This document shows positions 15,328 to 23,860 of a DNA stretch of 35,820 nt, piece after piece. How positions within the stretch are numbered: position 1 is the first letter of the stretch; every line of letters begins with the position of its first letter. The position numbers were made by a program, and so were the translations under genes. Below the pieces are notes generated by a model. That model ran no database searches. It was not told the DNA's origin and was given only the letters and a program-made list of their open reading frames with translations. Origin of the DNA: a virus (Duplodnaviria; Caudoviricetes); IMG/VR virus record IMGVR_UViG_3300037439_000017, positions 1-35,820 of that record, one strand, 5' to 3'.

Positions 15328-15573
15328 TCAACCCTTGCTGCGACGGGGGTCGCTGCTCCGGGGGTAGGTGCGTTCGTCCCGGATCGTGCCGTCGCGGCGC
15401 TTGATCTTGAGGGTCACCAGCTGGCCGCCCTTCTCCAATTCCTTGGCCAGCACGACGGCGCCAGCGATGGCGTCAGCCTGACGAACGTACGTGAAGAACA
15501 GGGTGCCCTTCTTGGTCACGCGCCACACCTTTGAACTCGGGCAGACCTCGAGGCGGATGCGCACGGTGCTCAT
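15328..15573 (-). CDS. DUF2188-like protein
   Basis: W.V.K.G....Q..AI..A...A, I..RDG.I..ERTY..DP....G pattern. Confidence 0.75.
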   Translation of the reverse strand: MSTVRIRLEVCPSSKVWRVTKKGTLFFTYVRQADAIAGAVVLAKELEKGGQLVTLKIKRRDGTIRDERTYPRSSDPRRSKG

Positions 15574-15770
15574 GGGTGCTGCTTCCTGTCCTTGCGGCGC
15601 CAGTCGTCGTGCCGGCGGGTCTGTTGTGGTTGGCAGTCGTGCTCGACCGGGTAGTCCTCTGGCTGGCGGGACGCGATGGGCGGGATCGTCACTTCCCGCT
15701 TCAGGCCGGCGACCATCTGCCTGAGGGCGTGCGCCAGCGATGCGGCCAGCAGAGTTCGGTGGGTTCTCAC
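15570..15770 (-). CDS. Hypothetical protein
   Basis: GTG at 15770 overlapping the spanin stop; ATGA overlap with the next gene. Confidence 0.45.
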   Translation of the reverse strand: MRTHRTLLAASLAHALRQMVAGLKREVTIPPIASRQPEDYPVEHDCQPQQTRRHDDWRRKDRKQHP

Positions 15771-16315
15771 CGGGTTGAACTCGACTCGGCCGGTTCCTGG
15801 TAGCAGGCGTTCAACAGGCCCTGCGCGGCCGTCAATCGTTCGTAGGCGAGTCGGTAGTCGGCATCGAAGGACCCGCCGAGTCCAAGAATTCGGCCGATAG
15901 CTTCTGCTCTGCCTGGATCGACGTCGGCAACCCCGTCCGCAGGTTGGGCGCTTGGCCCGGGAAAGGCTTGCGGACATTGACGCTCCCGCCAGACTGTCCG
16001 CACCCGCACAGCGCCGGCAGTGATGCCAGCAGCAGCATCGCGACCACGTTCGAACGCATCGTCGATCTCCTTGGAATGCTTGGCCTGGTCGGCCAGTGCT
16101 TGGGCGTCGTAGGCCGCGCGCGCGCTGGCTGCCAACCGTGCGGCCTCCGCGGTCTTGTCCGCGATCTCGCGCAGCACGTCGGCATGGTCTGCCCGGGTCT
16201 CCGCGTGGTCGGCCTTCTCGCTCGACAGGCGCACTGTCTGGACGCCGGCGAACAGGCCGGCAGCGATCGCAATCGCGCACAGTCCGTACAAAATCGGCGT
16301 CGTGAGGAAGTTCAT
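15767..16315 (-). CDS. Rz-like inner-membrane spanin
   Basis: N-terminal TM helix followed by an Ala-rich coiled coil, at the end of the lysis cassette. Confidence 0.8.
   Translation of the reverse strand: MNFLTTPILYGLCAIAIAAGLFAGVQTVRLSSEKADHAETRADHADVLREIADKTAEAARLAASARAAYDAQALADQAKHSKEIDDAFERGRDAAAGITAGAVRVRTVWRERQCPQAFPGPSAQPADGVADVDPGRAEAIGRILGLGGSFDADYRLAYERLTAAQGLLNACYQEPAESSSTR
15832..16059 (-). CDS. Rz1-like outer-membrane lipoprotein spanin embedded in Rz
   Basis: AAGGAG RBS; MRSNVVAMLLLASLPALCG-C lipobox; Pro-rich mature part; alternative frame fully inside Rz. Confidence 0.78.
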   Translation of the reverse strand: MRSNVVAMLLLASLPALCGCGQSGGSVNVRKPFPGQAPNLRTGLPTSIQAEQKLSAEFLDSAGPSMPTTDSPTND

Positions 16316-16638
16316 AGCGTCTCGGGGAACTCCGCGCGCAGCCGCATCACGACCTTGTCGAAGTCAGCCGGCTTGGCCACGACCCAGCGGTACACCAGCG
16401 GTTCCGAGCCCATGTGCGCATCGCGCGGCATGATCGGGATCTCGCGGACCGTGGCCAGCAGTTCGTGCACCAGCCGGCGATAGTTGCGGCGCTGGTCGCG
16501 TGCCTGTCCGAGCGCCTCGATCAGCGGCGCCACGTGCGCCAGGCGGTCGTCGGCATTGCCGCGGCCGAAGTCGTGCGCGCGCTTCGCCGCCAACAGGACG
16601 TTGGCCAGCCGGTCGTCGTCGGTTTCCACGGGGATCAT
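16312..16638 (-). CDS. Hypothetical protein in the lysis cassette
   Basis: ATG at 16638 (ATGA overlap); 108 aa, soluble. Confidence 0.55.
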   Translation of the reverse strand: MIPVETDDDRLANVLLAAKRAHDFGRGNADDRLAHVAPLIEALGQARDQRRNYRRLVHELLATVREIPIMPRDAHMGSEPLVYRWVVAKPADFDKVVMRLRAEFPETL

Positions 16639-16841
16639 TTGCACCGGGATTCCAAGGCCGCTAGCCGAGCTCGGATGTCGTCGACCTCCCGATTCCGCAT
16701 GTCCGGCGCGATCGCCTGCTTCGCCTCGATAGCCGACAGCTGCGCCTTCACCGTGACGAAGCCACCCAGCCCGGTCAGGGCCAGCCCGATCCAGAACGGC
16801 AAGCGCGCTCGCCATGGTTCAGCTTCTCCCCGTCGGACCAT
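16635..16841 (-). CDS. Single-TM protein (holin/antiholin-like)
   Basis: GGAG RBS; TM segment LPFWIGLALTGLGGFVTV followed by a short coiled coil. Confidence 0.5.
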   Translation of the reverse strand: MVRRGEAEPWRARLPFWIGLALTGLGGFVTVKAQLSAIEAKQAIAPDMRNREVDDIRARLAALESRCK

Positions 16842-17169
16842 CGGCGCTCTCCGCTGCGACAGTGGCCGTCTGGCCGGGCTCAAGGGTGACGTCGGGCGTT
16901 GTTGCGGGCATCGCCGCGCGTGCCGTGTCGGCGAGCTTGTCGATGGTCTCGGTCTGGCGCTTGCTGCTCACCGAACTGCCGAAGTAGAACCCGACCACGA
17001 TGCCGACCTGCGTCGACAGGATGCCCAGCAGCACGTTCAGCGTGGACTCGTTCTGGTCCGGGATGGCCCGGTACACCAGCGCCCATGCCATGAAGCCGAG
17101 GATCAGCACCAGGACGACGCCGATCACGCCGCCCACGACGTTCAGCGTGGACTGGCGCGCATCCGGCAC
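16819..17169 (-). CDS. Holin (2 TM, YFGSS motif)
   Basis: Two hydrophobic helices and VVGFYFGSS..S..K; next to the endolysin. Confidence 0.75.
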   Translation of the reverse strand: MPDARQSTLNVVGGVIGVVLVLILGFMAWALVYRAIPDQNESTLNVLLGILSTQVGIVVGFYFGSSVSSKRQTETIDKLADTARAAMPATTPDVTLEPGQTATVAAESADGPTGRS

Positions 17170-17171
17170 GA

Positions 17172-17303
17172 TCAGCTGCCGCTCGGGCCGAACTTCAGCC
17201 AGGCGCGGATGCGCTCGGCGAGACGGAACAGCGGTGGGAACAGCGGGACGGCGACGGCGCCGACCACGGTGAAGATGGCAGCGGTCAGGATGAAGTCGAG
17301 CAT
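17172..17303 (-). CDS. 43-aa membrane peptide (not in ORF track)
   Basis: GAGGA RBS; MLDFILTAAIFTVVGAVAVPLFPPLFRLAERIRAWLKFGPSGS. Confidence 0.6.
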   Translation of the reverse strand: MLDFILTAAIFTVVGAVAVPLFPPLFRLAERIRAWLKFGPSGS

Positions 17304-17313
17304 GGTCAGTTCC

Positions 17314-17949
17314 TCAGGTCATGGCCGCGCGGTAGGCGTCGGTCCACTTCACGCGATCCGGCAGGCCGATCTGGCCGCCGTTGACGAGCCGGGTGACGTC
17401 GGACACCGATCCGCGATCGGCGACGGCGTTGAGCTGCTTGCTGGCCCAGAACCAGATGGCCGATGCGACTGCGCCATCTGCCTTGGCGACCCGATCCGGG
17501 TCTGCCAGCAGGGACTCGTCACCGAGCCATGCGCGGCTGAAGCGCCGGTAGTTATCGCGGCCGGTCAGCTGCTTGAGGCCTCGTCCGCGGAAGCGCCAGC
17601 CGTCGCCCGCCTCGGTGTTGCCGAGCTGCTTCCGGCCGAACTCGCCGCCGTACAGGATGTTCGCCAGCGCGTTCTGGTTGGCCGGATGGTCCGGCGTGCG
17701 GCCGAACTTGAAGGCGTCCTCCACGCTGATGCGGTGCCGGCCGAACAGCGCCACCAGCGCCGTCGCCTTGTAGTTCAGAGACTCGACCACCGATTCGAAT
17801 CCACCAGACTCGACATGCACCTGGCCGAGGAACATCGAGGCGCGGCGCGCGTTCCCGAGAATGCCGGCCTCGGCCATCTGGCGGACGAGTTCGGCCGCGT
17901 ACGGCTTCGCCGCCGGCGCTACGGCAATGATCCGTTTGGCGTCCAGCAT
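17314..17949 (-). CDS. Endolysin, glycoside hydrolase family 19
   Basis: ATG at 17949; FLGQVHVESGGF, ESLNY, GDGWRFRGRGLKQLTGRDNY, VNGG..GL.DR motifs. Confidence 0.92.
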   Translation of the reverse strand: MLDAKRIIAVAPAAKPYAAELVRQMAEAGILGNARRASMFLGQVHVESGGFESVVESLNYKATALVALFGRHRISVEDAFKFGRTPDHPANQNALANILYGGEFGRKQLGNTEAGDGWRFRGRGLKQLTGRDNYRRFSRAWLGDESLLADPDRVAKADGAVASAIWFWASKQLNAVADRGSVSDVTRLVNGGQIGLPDRVKWTDAYRAAMT

Positions 17950-17951
17950 GG

Positions 17952-18158
17952 CTAGTCGTCGACATCGTTCCACGGCACATCGGTCTCGATGCGCGCAGTG
18001 AATTCGCACTTGTCCATGCCCTTGGTCCAGCTCTTGTCGAAGCCGACGCATACGTCCGGGCCGAACTCCTGCCGCATGGCAGCAAGCTCCCGGTCGATCT
18101 CGACCTGGACCCTGCTGGCCGCTTCATTGAGCCGCTGCTTGATAGCTGTGGAATCCAT
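17952..18158 (-). CDS. Hypothetical protein
   Basis: ATG at 18158; 68 aa; first ORF after the late leader. Confidence 0.5.
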   Translation of the reverse strand: MDSTAIKQRLNEAASRVQVEIDRELAAMRQEFGPDVCVGFDKSWTKGMDKCEFTARIETDVPWNDVDD

Positions 18159-18298
18159 GCGTTTCTCGCAATAGGTGCCCGAACCGCTGCCAGCTAGGCC
18201 AATGGTTGATCTGGTCGGGGTGATCGGGCGTGGAGGTCGCCCCGCTTGCCACTGGGCAGGAGCGCGCGGGGCAAGGTGACGAGGAGTCACCGGGAAAG

Positions 18299-18434
18299 TG
18301 CTTGCGGCTGTGCGGGGTTCCAACTCCGCATTACCCCGGTCCTCCGCATTAGCGCCATCGCGTCCGGGTTTGCCGATTTCTCGACTTTCAGTGTCTGGCT
18401 GGTTAGGCGCCTATTCCACCAACAGCCGCAAGCA
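18299..18434 (-). ncRNA. Degenerate tRNA-like structured element in the late leader
   Basis: 13-bp perfect closing inverted repeat TGCTTGCGGCTGT/ACAGCCGCAAGCA; D-arm-like GGTGGAATAGG..AGACAC; T-arm-like TGCGG-AGTTGGAACC-CCGCA. Confidence 0.4.
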
Positions 18435-18506
18435 AAACAATTGTAGGTGCCGCCGGCCCGCAGGGGGTACAGGCCGACGGCGTTGTGGCCCCGTGGGGAA
18501 GGCCGC

Positions 18507-18542
18507 AAACGAAGAAGCCCCGCCGTTTCCGGGCGAGGCTTC
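18507..18542 (-). terminator. tR'-like terminator just after the late promoter
   Basis: Minus strand GAAGCCTCGCC-CGGAAAC-GGCGGGGCTTC followed by TTCGTTT. Confidence 0.65.
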
Positions 18543-18568
18543 AGGGGCAATGGCTTGAGGTTGCGCCA

Positions 18569-18597
18569 ACTCTGCTTTGGCGTGCCGTAATTGTCAA
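18569..18597 (-). promoter_or_regulatory. pR'-like late promoter
   Basis: TTGACA-17 bp-CAGAGT downstream of the Q-like gene and upstream of a terminator. Confidence 0.55.
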
Positions 18598-18791
18598 GCG
18601 TGCCAGTTCGTTCCCGGCAGCCGCTTCAGGTCCACCACCACGCGGCGCTGGAACTCCTGCCGCTCGCTTTCCATTCGAGTGGTCTCGATGTCGCGCAGTT
18701 CCACAGCCTCCACCACGCTGCCCGTCTGCACCTCGAGGTCGCGCAGGATTGCGCCGATCTTTCGCTCCGCTTCAGTGACTGCATTGCTCAT
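18594..18791 (-). CDS. Hypothetical protein
   Basis: 65 aa; GGAGG RBS; ATGA overlap. Confidence 0.65.
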   Translation of the reverse strand: MSNAVTEAERKIGAILRDLEVQTGSVVEAVELRDIETTRMESERQEFQRRVVVDLKRLPGTNWHA

Positions 18792-19333
18792 GCCGCGATC
18801 CTCCCTTTAAGCCATTCCCGCGCCAGCTTCAGCTCTTCCCGATATTGTCGCACCGTCAACGGCGCGCCGATCGCCTGAGCCACCTGTAACGCCTTGTCGG
18901 ACTGGTAGCCGAAGCCGGTGTACTCCATGCGCAGGCACAGGCCGCGCAACGTGTTCTGCCGGTAAAGGTCCATCGCCGCCTGATCGATCCAGCGAAGATG
19001 CGCCGGGATGCCGTTGTCCACCGACGCCTGTCTCGGGCCCGCATGCCGTGTCTCGGTGCAGCGGATGGCGTCCACGGCCCATGTCGGCACGATGTGCATG
19101 CCTCGCACGCCTGAGCCCGCCGCCATGGCCCGGCGGCGATCTCGGCCGTCGCGCCCTGCCACCTGATTGGCGAAACGCTCCCGCGTCATCGGTGCGAACT
19201 GGCGCGCCTTGCTGATCGGATGGCTGCCGGGGTCGAGTTCCTGCCGGCGCTCGCGGTCATCGTTCGCAGCATGCCGACCTAGCTGGGCGTTCCCCCACTC
19301 GCGCAGCTGGTCGTCGAGCAGGTCACGTGGCAT
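18788..19333 (-). CDS. Putative late-gene antiterminator/activator (Q-like)
   Basis: Position before pR'; N-terminal L..WG; C-terminal HTH-like LTVRQYREELKLAREWL. Confidence 0.6.
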   Translation of the reverse strand: MPRDLLDDQLREWGNAQLGRHAANDDRERRQELDPGSHPISKARQFAPMTRERFANQVAGRDGRDRRRAMAAGSGVRGMHIVPTWAVDAIRCTETRHAGPRQASVDNGIPAHLRWIDQAAMDLYRQNTLRGLCLRMEYTGFGYQSDKALQVAQAIGAPLTVRQYREELKLAREWLKGRIAA

Positions 19334-19547
19334 CGCGGAACTCCCCCATCACGGTCTCGTCGAATCGGAACGTCGGCTGCTGGTGGTCCATCTGGCACGT
19401 CGGGTGCTGCCTGCCGTGCGTGGTGCATTGCCCCTTGCCCCATCGGTCTAGCTCGGGCTGGCGGTGCTTGCACACACCGCACGTGCCGCGCTTGCGCACC
19501 GCGTGGTTGTAGCGCTTCGTCTCGCGCTGGCGGGCGGCGTCGGTCAT
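19323..19547 (-). CDS. Small Cys-rich (Zn-binding) protein
   Basis: ATG at 19547; CGVC...C...C pattern. Confidence 0.6.
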   Translation of the reverse strand: MTDAARQRETKRYNHAVRKRGTCGVCKHRQPELDRWGKGQCTTHGRQHPTCQMDHQQPTFRFDETVMGEFRDAT

Positions 19548-19990
19548 GCAGCTCGCGCCTGCGACGTGATCGCGACGCCGACTGCGGCCCATGCGTGCGA
19601 CTTCACGCCGTAGGTCGGGCCTGGTGCCTTCTTCGTGCCCTGAGGCCCGATCAGATCGATCAGTGCCTGCCGGATGTTCGCGTCCTTCGCGCGCGGCGTG
19701 CCGCACAGGTGCATCTTCACGTCCTTGCGGTAGACGAGCTGCACCGACTCCGGCGATCGCCACGTCTGCAGGAAGCGGCCGACCCACACGCACGTCTCGA
19801 ACACTTCCTTGCCGACCGCCATGCCGTAGCTGGCGATCATCTCGATCGCGAGCGTGTCCGCGTTGCTCTTGCGGATGATGTCGATGACGCCATGGTTCGG
19901 ATGCACGCCAGACTCGATCACGTGCATGCCCTGCATCAGCACGACGCCGGATTCGTTCGTCCCCGGATCGATGGCCAGAGTGATCTTCAT
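19544..19990 (-). CDS. RuvC-like Holliday junction resolvase
   Basis: ATG at 19990; LAIDPG..ESG, LAIE, H.WAA.GVA RNase H-fold motifs. Confidence 0.75.
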   Translation of the reverse strand: MKITLAIDPGTNESGVVLMQGMHVIESGVHPNHGVIDIIRKSNADTLAIEMIASYGMAVGKEVFETCVWVGRFLQTWRSPESVQLVYRKDVKMHLCGTPRAKDANIRQALIDLIGPQGTKKAPGPTYGVKSHAWAAVGVAITSQARAA

Positions 19991-20118
19991 GTCTTCGCGC
20001 CTTTGCAGAAGGGACAGCCTCGCGGGCCGATTGATCCATGGGGAATCCACTCGCGGCAGACCGGGCATCGCTGCACCTTCGGCTTCTGCTTGCGGATGGG
20101 GTGGACGTCGCCGGGCAT
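19987..20118 (-). CDS. 43-aa zinc-ribbon protein (not in ORF track)
   Basis: CPVC...CPFC; coupled to neighbours at both ends. Confidence 0.55.
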   Translation of the reverse strand: MPGDVHPIRKQKPKVQRCPVCREWIPHGSIGPRGCPFCKGAKT

Positions 20119-20489
20119 CACGCGGCCCGCCTGGTGTTCTTCGCGATCAGCGCGTGCTGTTGCTGCATCAGAGATTCGTCATCGCCGAACACGGCATGGA
20201 ACGGCACGCTGCCTTCGGATAGCGCGGGCCCGAGCAACCGGCGATGGGTGCCGTGATTCCAGCCAGCAACGATCAGGCGGCCGGAGTGATGCCATTTGCA
20301 TAACCCGACGGTGTGCAGGTGGCCGCGACGAATACCGCCCGACAGTAGGTGATGCGCGTCCACAACCGAACCATCCGGATCGTGTTCGTAGCCGCGCGCG
20401 ATGCAGCACAGGCAGCCGAGTCGCTTCACGGTGGTGACCCACTCGCGTTCGGCTTTCGTCATGTTCCCCGTGGAACGACCCACCCTCAC
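20118..20489 (-). CDS. Ref-like recombination enhancement nuclease (HNH-type)
   Basis: LGCLCC, AHH..GG.R.GH..T..LC.WHH, F...FG.D..L motifs. Confidence 0.75.
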   Translation of the reverse strand: MRVGRSTGNMTKAEREWVTTVKRLGCLCCIARGYEHDPDGSVVDAHHLLSGGIRRGHLHTVGLCKWHHSGRLIVAGWNHGTHRRLLGPALSEGSVPFHAVFGDDESLMQQQHALIAKNTRRAA

Positions 20490-21007
20490 AGCAAGCCTCC
20501 GGGATGCAGCGACCTCTTCGCTTGAACATAGGCCGCATGGGCTTCTTCAGCGGTGTCATATGTTCCGAGCGCCATCTTCTTTCGGCCGGCACAAATGAAA
20601 GCCCGGAAGCGCCGCCCTTCGGCAACGACCCCAAGTAGGCCTACACGGCTGCGAGAAGTGGCGCTTCGAAGGTTCTGCGCGTTGCACGCGTTGTCCGCAA
20701 GGCGAAGGTTCTTAATTCGGTTGTCAGCTCGCAACCCGTTCTTGTGGTCGACCTCGACCCCAGCGTCGATTGCGCCATGTACGAACATCCACGCTAGCCG
20801 GTGAGCCAGATATACGCGGGCTTCAAGTCGGATAGCTGTATATCCATCTTGATTTGGCGAGCCTGCCTCGCTCCCGGCGACAGCCCTGCCGTTACGTGTT
20901 TCTCGCCAAAAGAATTTTCCTGTTTCCGCATCGTACCGAAGCATCCGCTTTGCAAATTCTTGCAATGACTCGCCCGCAAGCGGCTTGCTTGCCTTATATG
21001 GGTTCAC
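20486..21007 (-). CDS. HNH homing endonuclease with AP2-like domain
   Basis: GTG at 21007; YD.ETG.F.W, AHRLAW, VDHKNG.R.DNRI.NLR, LG.YDTAEEA..AY; slightly lower GC. Confidence 0.88.
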   Translation of the reverse strand: MNPYKASKPLAGESLQEFAKRMLRYDAETGKFFWRETRNGRAVAGSEAGSPNQDGYTAIRLEARVYLAHRLAWMFVHGAIDAGVEVDHKNGLRADNRIKNLRLADNACNAQNLRSATSRSRVGLLGVVAEGRRFRAFICAGRKKMALGTYDTAEEAHAAYVQAKRSLHPGGLL

Positions 21008-21555
21008 GCCGCACCATCCGGCTTCTGGATAATCAACTCCACTTCCTCGCGGCTCGCAGCGCTCAGCCCGCCGAACACTTCCCGGCGCAGCCACCCGATC
21101 CAGCCACCCTCGCCGTTGCCGCCGTCCCACAGTTCGTTGAATCGACCCTCGTCCACGTCTGAGAAGTTCAGCGATTCCGCTTCGGTGCGCGTCAGCTTGC
21201 CCACGCCGGGAATGTCGTAGTCGACTGTCTCGCAACCGATGCCCGACAGCTCCTGCAGCTTCTTCAGCGCGTCGTGCATGCCGAGTCCGGAGAACTGCTC
21301 CACGTTGTCTGCGAGCCAGCCTGCGAGGACGTGAGCCTTCCGGTAGAACATCGGATTCCGGTCCTGCCGCAGCGTCGCGCGCAGCATCTTGCCGGTGTTG
21401 AACTTGCGCTCGCGCATCGAGCGGCGATCGATGGGGTGATCCGGCACAAGCGCGCCGACGATTTCTCCGGTCTCGGGAATCATCACCTTCATCACGGTCA
21501 CGCGGATGTCGCGTGCGCGGAGCTTGGCGCGCGCCTTCTGCAGTGCGGTGGTCAC
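21004..21555 (-). CDS. DUF1367/NinB-like protein
   Basis: RNPMFYRK and SLNF..VDE..F..L motifs; nin-region position. Confidence 0.55.
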   Translation of the reverse strand: MTTALQKARAKLRARDIRVTVMKVMIPETGEIVGALVPDHPIDRRSMRERKFNTGKMLRATLRQDRNPMFYRKAHVLAGWLADNVEQFSGLGMHDALKKLQELSGIGCETVDYDIPGVGKLTRTEAESLNFSDVDEGRFNELWDGGNGEGGWIGWLRREVFGGLSAASREEVELIIQKPDGAA

Positions 21556-23030
21556 CGATCACGCCCTGCAGCGCGGTCGCGTCCGCTTGGCGCTGGATCG
21601 TCGAAGCCGTCCTCGCCCGCTGCGCTCTCGGGCTTCTTCGTCTTGTAGTTCGGCCGCGGCCCGAAGTAGTCGGCGAAGTAGCTGCATTCGAGATGGTGGC
21701 GCAGGTATGCGGTTCCGGTTGGGCCGTTGCGCTGCTTGCCGATGATGAACTCGGCAACGCCAGGCGCACCGCTCAGGTCCTTCGTGTAGTAGTCGTCTCG
21801 GTACACGAACGCCACGATGTCCGCGTCCTGCTCAATTGCACCGGACTCGCGCAGATCCGCCATCGTCGGGCGCTTGTCGGTGCGGCCTTCCAGAGACCGG
21901 TTCAACTGCGACAGTCCGATCACCGGGCAGTGCAGCGTCTTTGCCATCAACTTGCAGCGCCGGCTGATCTTCGTCATTTCGTCGTAGCGCTTTTCGTCGC
22001 GCCGGCCGTCGCCGCTGATCAGCTGCAGGTAATCGATGACGATCAGGCCCAAGCCCCCGGGCACCTTTGCGTGCATGCGCGATGCGCGTGCTTCGATGGC
22101 GTCAATCGTCAGGCTCGCGGTGTCGTCGATCGCGATCGACAACGCTCGCGAGTCCTTGTACGCGCCGTTGATCGCCGACCAGTCTTCCGGAGTGAGTGCT
22201 GCCTTCTGCCGCATCCGTGCGTTGTCGACGCGCGCGCGCCTGGACAGGAGGCGAACGCCAAGCTGCTTCTTGCTCATCTCCAGCGAGAACACGGCGACGT
22301 TCCGCTCGTGGTGGCTGGCCGCGTGGTCTGCGAACTCCAGCCCCGTCACTGTCTTGCCCATGCCTGGGCGGCCGGCGATCACCATGAAGTCGGTGTCCTC
22401 CAGACCCGGCAGTTTCGCGCGGACGTTCTCCCATGGCGGCGTCAGGCCGACCTCGATCGTTCCGGCATCGCGGGCGACGATCTCGTCCCACGCTTCGGTC
22501 ATCGCGCCGCGGAGCATGCACAAGCCCCCTGCCCGCGCGCCGCGCATGGTCAGGCTCGCCATCTTCGCCGCGCTGTGCGCGACGATCTGGTCGGCCTCAC
22601 GCCCTTCTGGCAGGAATCCGTCGTTCACAATCTCGGTGCCGACGGTGATCAGGCGCCGGAGCGTCGACTTGTCCGCCACGATCTGCGCGTAGTCGCGCAC
22701 GTTCGCCGGCCGCGGCGGTGCCTTCCATAGTTCGATCAGGTAGGCGCCGCCTTCGACTTGGTCCGCCTTGCCGTTGGACTCGAACCACTCGCCCACCGTC
22801 AACGCGTCGTACGCCTTGCCCTTTTCCTTGAGATCGAGGATGGCCGCGTAGATCAGCTGGTGATCGCGCCGGTAGAAGTCCTCGACTTGGATCAAGTCCG
22901 CAACATCGTCGATCGATTCCGGCGTCAGCATCAGCGTGCCCAGTACCGCCTGCTCAGCATCGATCGCCTGCGGCGGGATGCGCAGCTGCTCGATGCGGTC
23001 CTCGTGGCGCGGGGAACCGTCGGCGCTCAT
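21552..23030 (-). CDS. dnaB: Replicative DNA helicase, DnaB family
   Basis: PPQAIDAEQAVLG, AGRPGMGKT, FSLEM, VIDYLQL, LSQLNR, DLRESGAIEQDAD, KQRNGPTG. Confidence 0.96.
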   Translation of the reverse strand: MSADGSPRHEDRIEQLRIPPQAIDAEQAVLGTLMLTPESIDDVADLIQVEDFYRRDHQLIYAAILDLKEKGKAYDALTVGEWFESNGKADQVEGGAYLIELWKAPPRPANVRDYAQIVADKSTLRRLITVGTEIVNDGFLPEGREADQIVAHSAAKMASLTMRGARAGGLCMLRGAMTEAWDEIVARDAGTIEVGLTPPWENVRAKLPGLEDTDFMVIAGRPGMGKTVTGLEFADHAASHHERNVAVFSLEMSKKQLGVRLLSRRARVDNARMRQKAALTPEDWSAINGAYKDSRALSIAIDDTASLTIDAIEARASRMHAKVPGGLGLIVIDYLQLISGDGRRDEKRYDEMTKISRRCKLMAKTLHCPVIGLSQLNRSLEGRTDKRPTMADLRESGAIEQDADIVAFVYRDDYYTKDLSGAPGVAEFIIGKQRNGPTGTAYLRHHLECSYFADYFGPRPNYKTKKPESAAGEDGFDDPAPSGRDRAAGRDR

Positions 23031-23860
23031 GCGGCCTGGTCCTCTTTCGGCGCGCGCTCAGCGTCTCGTTCCCGCTTGAGCTGCACGCCGGCGGTCGTCA
23101 GGTCGCACTGGCCATCGCCCGGCATCCACCACAGGCGGAACCAGTTCCGGCGCACGCAGTTCTCGAACTTCTGCCGCCACCCGCGCTTGCCGGCCTGCGT
23201 GGTCTTCCCGTCGCGGTACTGCCGGACGAACTCGCGCCACGCCAACTCGAGGAAGTCGGTCGGAATCCCCGCAGTGGCAGCGAAGGCGAAAACAGCGTGT
23301 TCGAGGGGGATCAGCTTCTCGCCGTCCGTGCGACAGGCCTGGACGAAGTCGGCGTAGGTCATCCCCTTGGGCGACTTCGCCCGTTTCGGCTTGCCCTCCA
23401 CTGCTTGCCCCCTGGAAGGGGGTATGGGGGTTTCTTGATCTTGAAGAGAATCAGGAATCAGAGAATCAGGAATCAGAGAATCAGCCGGGCTCGTATCTGC
23501 CTTGGTTGTGTCTTGCACAGTGCTTGCACAGTGCTCGCCCGGTGCAGGTATGGTGCTTTTGGCCTCCTTTACATGCGGATTCTGGTGCTTGCACCATGCA
23601 AGAATCTGGATAAAGGCTTTGCCATCAACGGTGTAGCGAAGAATGAACCCGCCATCGTGCAGCGCCTGTAGTCCTGCACTGACATCGACAGGATCGGCAG
23701 GAAACACCTCCATTCGTATCTTTGTGGGGCGATCTTCGAGGCGTCCATCGCGGTCTGCCATCGTCCACAACCCCACGAACAGCAGCCGATATTCGAAAGC
23801 GAGTTCGACAAGTAGCTCGTTCTTGAAGAACCCCGGCTTGATATTGCGGGCTCGGCTCAT
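23027..23860 (-). CDS. Phage replication initiator (O-like)
   Basis: MSRARNIKPGFF.NE, LF.GLW..AD..GRL N-terminal domain; internal repeats; upstream of dnaB. Confidence 0.8.
   Translation of the reverse strand: MSRARNIKPGFFKNELLVELAFEYRLLFVGLWTMADRDGRLEDRPTKIRMEVFPADPVDVSAGLQALHDGGFILRYTVDGKAFIQILAWCKHQNPHVKEAKSTIPAPGEHCASTVQDTTKADTSPADSLIPDSLIPDSLQDQETPIPPSRGQAVEGKPKRAKSPKGMTYADFVQACRTDGEKLIPLEHAVFAFAATAGIPTDFLELAWREFVRQYRDGKTTQAGKRGWRQKFENCVRRNWFRLWWMPGDGQCDLTTAGVQLKRERDAERAPKEDQAA
23445..23556. repeat. Tandem repeats within the initiator gene (probable ori/iterons)
   Basis: (AGAGAATCAGGAATC)x2.7 at 23445-23484; 11-bp period CTTGCACAGTG CTTGCACAGTG CTCGCCCGGTG CAGGTATGGTG at 23512-23555. 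Confidence 0.65.

Noticed and set aside
18299-18434. Functional tRNA gene
   Set aside because: No canonical anticodon arm, TTC loop or CCA end; kept only as tRNA-like
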